Source: Deltaproteobacteria bacterium (GTDB taxonomy: Bacteria > Desulfobacterota > Syntrophobacteria > BM002). Taken from it: DNA of 64,000 bases. The position numbers and the translations under genes are program-made. Positions 59,169-64,000 of the stretch are shown piece after piece. The stretch lies in the NCBI GenBank assembly GCA_022340745.1, contig JAJDNL010000239.1:155-64154 (forward strand). Direction: 5' to 3'. The first letter of the stretch is position 1; every line of letters begins with the position of its first letter. The notes beneath the pieces were generated by a model. The model saw only the letters and a list, made by a program, of their open reading frames with translations. It was not told the DNA's origin and searched no databases.

Positions 59169-59824
59169 AACGAGTACCACTGTCTGAGTCTTGGGGCACC
59201 CGGTTTTCTTTGAGATTTCACCCCTCACACTGTAATCCATGCCTTCTTCCTGAAAGACCTGCTACCACCTTGTGTGCGAGATCCAATACGTTCAGAACTA
59301 TGAAGGAGGGGATGAGATCCACACTGCAGAGTCTCACCTTCCTTTCTAAGCTAATCGATTAACCCAGAAAATGGTGGTTTTTCAGTTCACTTGTGGTAAA
59401 ATGTCAATGGATCACAGGGTAGGAGATTCAGGTTTTCTGCATTATCCTACTCCCGCAGGCTTTGCCCTCACTGGCTCTGGCCAGTGGGGGCATTTTTTTT
59501 GGTGTTGCGCCCTTAACGTTTTCCAATATTCTGTGCCAGACTGAAATCCAGCCGAGTGTGCATTAAGGGATGTAATGAGCGCTTGCCCGTCGTGCTAGCT
59601 TCGTTCATATATTGCATCTTCAGCCGCAGTTTGGGCAACTCTTGGAACAGAAAACTTGATCTGGTCCCTCATTGGATTGGGAAGCTTGCCGAATGGGACT
59701 ATTGAGGTCATGCGGTGACACTTGACAAAGAGATATTGGTTACTGGCCACTTCTCTGATAAAATCGGTCTTTCTTATCGACTTCTTTATTCCTAACGGGA
59801 ATTTTTATCATTAAAGAGCAATGA

Positions 59825-60502
59825 ATGGTTAGAAATGTTGTAAGGACATCTGCGGAAAAAACGATTGACCGGTTTGGGACTCCGGCCGCAGCGGAGAAAT
59901 ACTCGACTGCTTTAGAAGGGACAAAAACACATCTAAGGGAACAAAGGTGTATCCAACGTGCGCTGCAAATGGTTCCTGTGGGTGCGAAGGTGCTCGATCT
60001 TCCCTGCGGAGCGGGTAGGTTACTGCCCTCACTCACGGCCCTGGGTCTTCAGGCTGTCGCTGTCGACTCATCCCCCCATATGGTTGCTCTTGCCCGCCAA
60101 CGGGCGGAAACCAGAGGATTTAAGAAAGAAACAGAGTTTCTTGTTTCCAGTATTTTTGACACCGGTTTGAAAGATGATACTTTCGATGCAGCAATCTGCA
60201 ACCGATTGTTTCACCACTTTAGGGAGCCGCAAATTCGCCGGAATGCCCTGAGAGAACTTCACCGACTCTGTACCGGAACAATTGTGGTTTCATTTTTCTG
60301 TAATCTGGCGCTTGATGCATTAGTGTTTCATCTTAAAAATGCAATCAGGCGGAAAAAGCCGTCGGACCGCATCCCAATCGGTTATGGTGTCTTTGCTCGT
60401 GATATAGATGCAGCGGATCTTCTTATTGAGAGATCGATAGCGACGCGACCTGGAATTTCTCGACAATGGTACTTTGTTGTGAGGCGTAAAGTCCTTCCCT
60501 GA
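59825..60502 (+). CDS. class I SAM-dependent methyltransferase
   Basis: Motif I VLDLPCGAGRLLPSL; acidic residue after beta2; post-II FDAAICNRLFHH. Confidence 0.7.
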   Translation: MVRNVVRTSAEKTIDRFGTPAAAEKYSTALEGTKTHLREQRCIQRALQMVPVGAKVLDLPCGAGRLLPSLTALGLQAVAVDSSPHMVALARQRAETRGFKKETEFLVSSIFDTGLKDDTFDAAICNRLFHHFREPQIRRNALRELHRLCTGTIVVSFFCNLALDALVFHLKNAIRRKKPSDRIPIGYGVFARDIDAADLLIERSIATRPGISRQWYFVVRRKVLP

Positions 60503-60546
60503 AAACACTTATAAACGGTAACTAATCGTTCTAGGTATGGACCCAG

Positions 60547-61215
60547 ATGGAAAGACTAGATCTAGCAGACTATGAACGACTGGTTGCCGGAGCTAGAGTG
60601 CTCTCTGCCGACAGTTATGGTGAAAAAGTTCTAGAACTTCCTGATGGTCTTATGCTCAAGCTCTTCCGCCGAAAACGAGGATTTTCCTCCGACCTTTTAT
60701 GGCCTTATGCAAAAAGATTTGAAGCTGGGGCGAGAAAGCTTCGTGAACGACAGATTCCAACTGTAGAAGTGGTCGGCACCTATCGAGTAAAATCTATCAG
60801 GAGAGATGCCGTGGTTTATTATCCTCTCGAGGGTAGGTCCCTGCGGCAAGCATTGAGAGACTTCAATAATCAAAAAGCCCTGATCATGAACTTTGCGGCA
60901 TTTTTTGTAAGCCTGCATGAAGGAGGGATCTATTTTCGTGCAACTCATTTCGGGAACGTTGTTATTACTCCCAACGGTGAGTTCGGCTTGATTGATGTGT
61001 CAGAGGTCTACTTCTCCCGATCTGCTCTGAGCCTGTCAAAACGAGTCAGAAATTTTAGGGTCATATTTCGCTACAGAGAAGATCGGGAGGCTATTCTGGC
61101 CTCTGGTTTTGACTTGTTCTTGGATTCTTACCTTGCAAATTCAAGTGTCCCAGTCAACGATCGTCAATCGTTTGTCCAACGGCTCTGGAGTGCACTTCAG
61201 CTTGACAGCTCATAG
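60547..61215 (+). CDS. lipopolysaccharide-kinase / protein-kinase-like fold protein (Kdo/WaaP/RIO-like)
   Basis: LHEGGIYFRATHFGNVVITPNGEFGLIDVSE resembles the catalytic-loop and DFG-like region of Kdo/WaaP kinases (H.GNV....LIDV). Weak. Confidence 0.4.
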   Translation: MERLDLADYERLVAGARVLSADSYGEKVLELPDGLMLKLFRRKRGFSSDLLWPYAKRFEAGARKLRERQIPTVEVVGTYRVKSIRRDAVVYYPLEGRSLRQALRDFNNQKALIMNFAAFFVSLHEGGIYFRATHFGNVVITPNGEFGLIDVSEVYFSRSALSLSKRVRNFRVIFRYREDREAILASGFDLFLDSYLANSSVPVNDRQSFVQRLWSALQLDSS

Positions 61216-61600
61216 AGTTGATCATCTGCTAAATACCAGACTCGATTGTTATATGGACTCAGCCCTAAAGAGTTATGTAAATTTTTTAGGAGGCATCAAT
61301 CGCTCTGAGTTTCAGGTAATTTCTGGATTAGGTTGTGGCTAACCCAAGACTTATTATCTACATTGCATAGCAGTTTGTCGAAATTTTATATAGCATACTT
61401 TAATCCACCGTGTACCGCTTGAGAACCAGATACCATATGGTGGAGCAACCAAACCATGCTCCAGCGCTCCTGGAAATTCCACCAAGACTAAGCTGCCAGC
61501 CGCTGACCAATTCTCGAGGGGTTAACGTCAGGAGCAGTAAAGAATCCGGGCCCATCGAAGATCCCGCTGTGCGTAAAAGGAGCCCAGCACTTTACGGTTT

Positions 61601-61678
61601 GTCCTGCGGACTCCCACCCTACGGGTGGGTTCCCGGTTTGTCCTGCGGACTCCCACCCTACGGGTGGGTTCCCAGTTT
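61601..61678. repeat. two tandem 39-bp hairpin units GTCCTGCGGACTCCCACCCTACGGGTGGGTTCCC(G/A)GTTT
   Basis: Each unit contains a CCCACCC-TACG-GGTGGG stem-loop. Related single units at 57683-57722, 37663-37700, 5128-5160 and, reverse-complemented, at 23936-23974. Confidence 0.7.
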
Positions 61679-61699
61679 GTCCTGCGGACCAGGTTTCCT

Positions 61700-61740
61700 A
61701 AAACTAAATAAGAAAGGGCAGTCCATCTGCAGACTGCCCT
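61700..61740 (-). terminator. rho-independent terminator of rplQ (bidirectional hairpin)
   Basis: GGGCAGTC-CATCTGCA-GACTGCCC stem 30 nt downstream of the rplQ stop, followed on the minus strand by TTTCTTATTTAGTTTT. Confidence 0.55.
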
Positions 61741-61768
61741 CTTTATGAGTCACCGTGGAAAAGAACTA

Positions 61769-62494
61769 CTACTTCTCGTCCTCGTCTTTGGCTTTCTTGG
61801 TCCTACCTTTTTTCTTTTTGGCAGTTTTTGTAGCTTTCTCTGACTCAGGCTCTGAGGCCTCTTCAGCTGCCGGGGCTTCGGCTTTCGCCTTTTTCGCGGG
61901 TTTACGCTTCTTCTTTTTCTCTTCGACAGCTTCCTCTGCTACCGCCTTTTCAGCTGCCGGTGCTTCGGCTTTCGCCTTTTTCGCGGGCTTACGCTTCTTC
62001 TTTTTCTGCTCGACAGCTTCCTCTGCTACCGCCTCTTCAGTTGCAGCTTCCTCCTCTACTATCTCCTCAACAGCCGGAGGTGCAGCCTCTACAGCTTTGC
62101 GGGGTTTGCGTTTCCTCTTCTTTTTCTTCTTTGCAGCTTCCCCGGTCATCAGCTCGATGAGACTCAATGGGGCACCATCACCAACCCGAAAACCTACTCT
62201 TACCATACGAGTGTAGCCGCCACTGCGGGCCTGATAACGCTGGGCCAGATCAGTAAATAATTTGTGAACCACCGCCTTATCTCGTATGACTTGGAGTGCC
62301 TGGCGTCTGGCGTGCAGATCTCCCCTTTTTCCCAAGGTTATCATCCAATCAGCCCAGCGCCGAAGCTCCTTGGCCTTGGCATGGGTGGTGTATATACGTT
62401 CGTGATCCAGCAGCGAAGTCACCATGTTGCGAAACATGGCCAACCGATGGCTGGAAGAGCGATTCAGCTTTCTCCCACTCTTGCCGTGTCGCAT
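61769..62494 (-). CDS. rplQ: 50S ribosomal protein L17 with long Lys/Ala/Glu-rich C-terminal extension
   Basis: N-terminal 120 aa are canonical L17 ([24 protein letters not shown]...). The C-terminal 120 aa are a low-complexity [19 protein letters not shown] repeat. rpoA-rplQ synteny. Confidence 0.9.
   Translation of the reverse strand: MRHGKSGRKLNRSSSHRLAMFRNMVTSLLDHERIYTTHAKAKELRRWADWMITLGKRGDLHARRQALQVIRDKAVVHKLFTDLAQRYQARSGGYTRMVRVGFRVGDGAPLSLIELMTGEAAKKKKKRKRKPRKAVEAAPPAVEEIVEEEAATEEAVAEEAVEQKKKKRKPAKKAKAEAPAAEKAVAEEAVEEKKKKRKPAKKAKAEAPAAEEASEPESEKATKTAKKKKGRTKKAKDEDEK
61864..62037. repeat. 87-bp direct tandem duplication inside the rplQ C-terminal extension (2 copies, about 95 percent identical)
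   Basis: Copy 1 at 61864-61950 and copy 2 at 61951-62037 differ at about 4 positions. Encodes the repeated AVAEEAVE(Q/E)[19 protein letters not shown](K/E) 29-aa unit. Confidence 0.8.
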
Positions 62495-63502
62495 CTATTC
62501 CTGTTCCTTTCTCGCCTCTATTTCTTCCCTCGAGGGGAAGTTTTCTAACTTCATACCCAGCGACAAGCCCATTTCTGCCAGAATCTCTTTGATCTCATTG
62601 AGCGACTTGCGGCCAAAATTCTTTGTTTTTAGCATCTCCGCTTCGGTTTTCTGGACAAGTTCGCCAATCAGCCGGATATTGGCGTTCTTGAGACAATTTG
62701 CTGAACGTACTGACAATTCGAGCTCGTCCACCGAACGAAAGAGGTTGTCGTTCAGTTTCGGTTCCTCTACCTCTTCTTCGGGAGCTTCGATTTCTGGTTC
62801 CTCATCGAAGTTAATAAAGATGGCCATCTGCTCTTTCATAATCTTTGCAGCAAAAGCCAGAGCATCCTCTGGAAGCACACTGCCATCGGTCCAGATCTCC
62901 ATAGTCAACTTGTCGTAGTCCGTAATCTGGCCGACACGGGCCTGACTCACCACATAATTCACTTTGCGAATGGGAGAGAAGATAGCATCCATGGGAATGA
63001 CTCCAATGGCAGCATCCTCTTCCACATTGCGCTCAGCCGGAATGTAGCCCTTCCCGCTTTTGATCTGCATCTCCATCTGTAGCCTGCCGTCTTTTGACAA
63101 AGAGGCAATGTGTTGCTCTGGATTGAGAATTTCCACCTCGGGCGGACAGACAAAATCACCTGCCGTAACCGTGGCCTCACCTGCTTTGTCCACCGATATG
63201 GTCTTGGGCTCTTCTCCATGTAGTTTGAGCCTGACTTCTTTCAAGTTCAGGATAACATCGGTAACATCTTCCCGAACTCCGGCAATGGTGGAGAATTCAT
63301 GCAGGACCCCATCTATTTTCACCGAGCTGATCGCAGAACCTTGCAGCGATGACAGCAAGATGCGTCTCAGGGCGTTACCGATGGTAATGCCAAAGCCCCG
63401 CTCTAAAGGTTCGCAGGAGAATTTTCCGAAAAACCTAGAAGCGGTCTTTGCGTCCAGTTCCAAACGTTTTGGGCTGATCAATTCACGCCAATTTTTATGC
63501 AT
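62495..63502 (-). CDS. rpoA: DNA-directed RNA polymerase subunit alpha
   Basis: 335 aa; NTD ([23 protein letters not shown]) and CTD ([23 protein letters not shown]) signatures. Confidence 0.95.
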   Translation of the reverse strand: MHKNWRELISPKRLELDAKTASRFFGKFSCEPLERGFGITIGNALRRILLSSLQGSAISSVKIDGVLHEFSTIAGVREDVTDVILNLKEVRLKLHGEEPKTISVDKAGEATVTAGDFVCPPEVEILNPEQHIASLSKDGRLQMEMQIKSGKGYIPAERNVEEDAAIGVIPMDAIFSPIRKVNYVVSQARVGQITDYDKLTMEIWTDGSVLPEDALAFAAKIMKEQMAIFINFDEEPEIEAPEEEVEEPKLNDNLFRSVDELELSVRSANCLKNANIRLIGELVQKTEAEMLKTKNFGRKSLNEIKEILAEMGLSLGMKLENFPSREEIEARKEQE

Positions 63503-63589
63503 TGTAACTCCTCTTATGATAACCCCAACCGGCCAGATGTGAGAAGAGAGGCAGGAGCCAGATGCCGAGGATCAGGCCAGGGGGGCCGT

Positions 63590-64000
63590 CTATTTGGAGT
63601 AGAGCTCCACAATGAGCTGCTCCTGAATAGGCATGGTCAACTCGTCGCGAGCCGGGTATCCCTTGATTGTCCCTTTGAACTTGTCCTTTTCTATCTCCAG
63701 CCACTGCGGCACTCCTCGTCTGGCTACGGCCTCCATTGCCTCTGCAATCGGAACAATATTTCTACTCTTCTCTTTCACCTCAACGGTGTCATTCTCTTTG
63801 ATGAGATAAGACGGAATGTTAACCCGCTTGCCGTTGACAACGAAGTGGTTGTGGCGCACCAACTGCCTCGCCTGAGCCCGGGAATTCGCAAAACCCATGC
63901 GGTAGACCACGTTGTCCAAACGCCGTTCCAGGAGAATGAGAAGGTTCGTGCCGGTAACCCCCTTCTGCCGCTCCGCCTTGTGAAAGTAGAAGCGAAATTG
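63590..64000 (-). CDS. rpsD: 30S ribosomal protein S4, C-terminal two-thirds (5' end beyond window end)
   Basis: ...[62 protein letters not shown]. The ORF continues to the window edge; rpsD-rpoA-rplQ order. Confidence 0.9.
   Translation of the reverse strand, partial: QFRFYFHKAERQKGVTGTNLLILLERRLDNVVYRMGFANSRAQARQLVRHNHFVVNGKRVNIPSYLIKENDTVEVKEKSRNIVPIAEAMEAVARRGVPQWLEIEKDKFKGTIKGYPARDELTMPIQEQLIVELYSK

Noticed and set aside
1-64000. Searched by eye for tRNA, rRNA, tmRNA, CRISPR arrays, transposase, integrase or phage structural genes
   Set aside because: None recognised; all abundant repeats are short non-coding elements without an associated transposase ORF in this window.

Overview
This 64 kb window is a bacterial chromosomal segment with about 63 protein-coding genes and no rRNA, tRNA or CRISPR array that I can see. 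Gene content and order (ilvBNC-psd-pssA-leuCDB-asd, archaeal-type LeuC/LeuD, a four-subunit 2-oxoacid:ferredoxin oxidoreductase, ECF transporter parts) point to a deltaproteobacterium/Desulfobacterota-like anaerobe; this is an inference from synteny, not a database hit.

Conserved housekeeping blocks read cleanly: rpsB-tsf-pyrH-frr-uppS, cdsA-dxr-rseP, tsaB, ilvBN-ilvC-psd-pssA-leuC-leuD-leuB-asd, ecfT-rsmD-coaD, prs, porGDAB, and rpsD-rpoA-rplQ.

The striking thing about the window is how heavily it is colonised by short non-coding repeat families, none linked to a transposase gene here:
- MITE-A, a nested-palindrome element with TIR TAGCCCGGATATTTCATGAA, whose terminus coincides with the stop codon of four genes.
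- MITE-B, a 230 bp TIR element present as an inverted pair that brackets a three-gene cassette.
- MITE-C, inserted inside the leu operon and the por operon.
- A heptamer-built hairpin element, (GTGTCAG)n opposite (CTGAAAC)n.
- GTCCTGCGGACTCCCACCC...GGGTGGGTTCCC hairpin units and several other dispersed modules.

Accessory or uncharacterised content worth following up:
- An exported CXXCH plus beta-propeller protein next to a putative haem-containing fatty-acid cis/trans isomerase.
- A repeat-bounded island with an ATP-grasp enzyme, a DUF885 putative metallopeptidase and a CFeSP/RnfB-like Fe-S protein.
- A c-di-GMP/cNMP signalling cluster: cNMP-FHA protein, dual-PilZ Zn-ribbon protein, methyltransferase and Kdo/WaaP-like kinase.
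- A Zn-ribbon/DUF4388 protein with a canonical tandem MshEN c-di-GMP-binding motif.
- Ribosomal protein L17 with a 120-residue Lys/Ala/Glu-rich tail generated by an 87 bp tandem duplication.

All product calls come from motif and family recognition in the translated ORFs; no searches were run.
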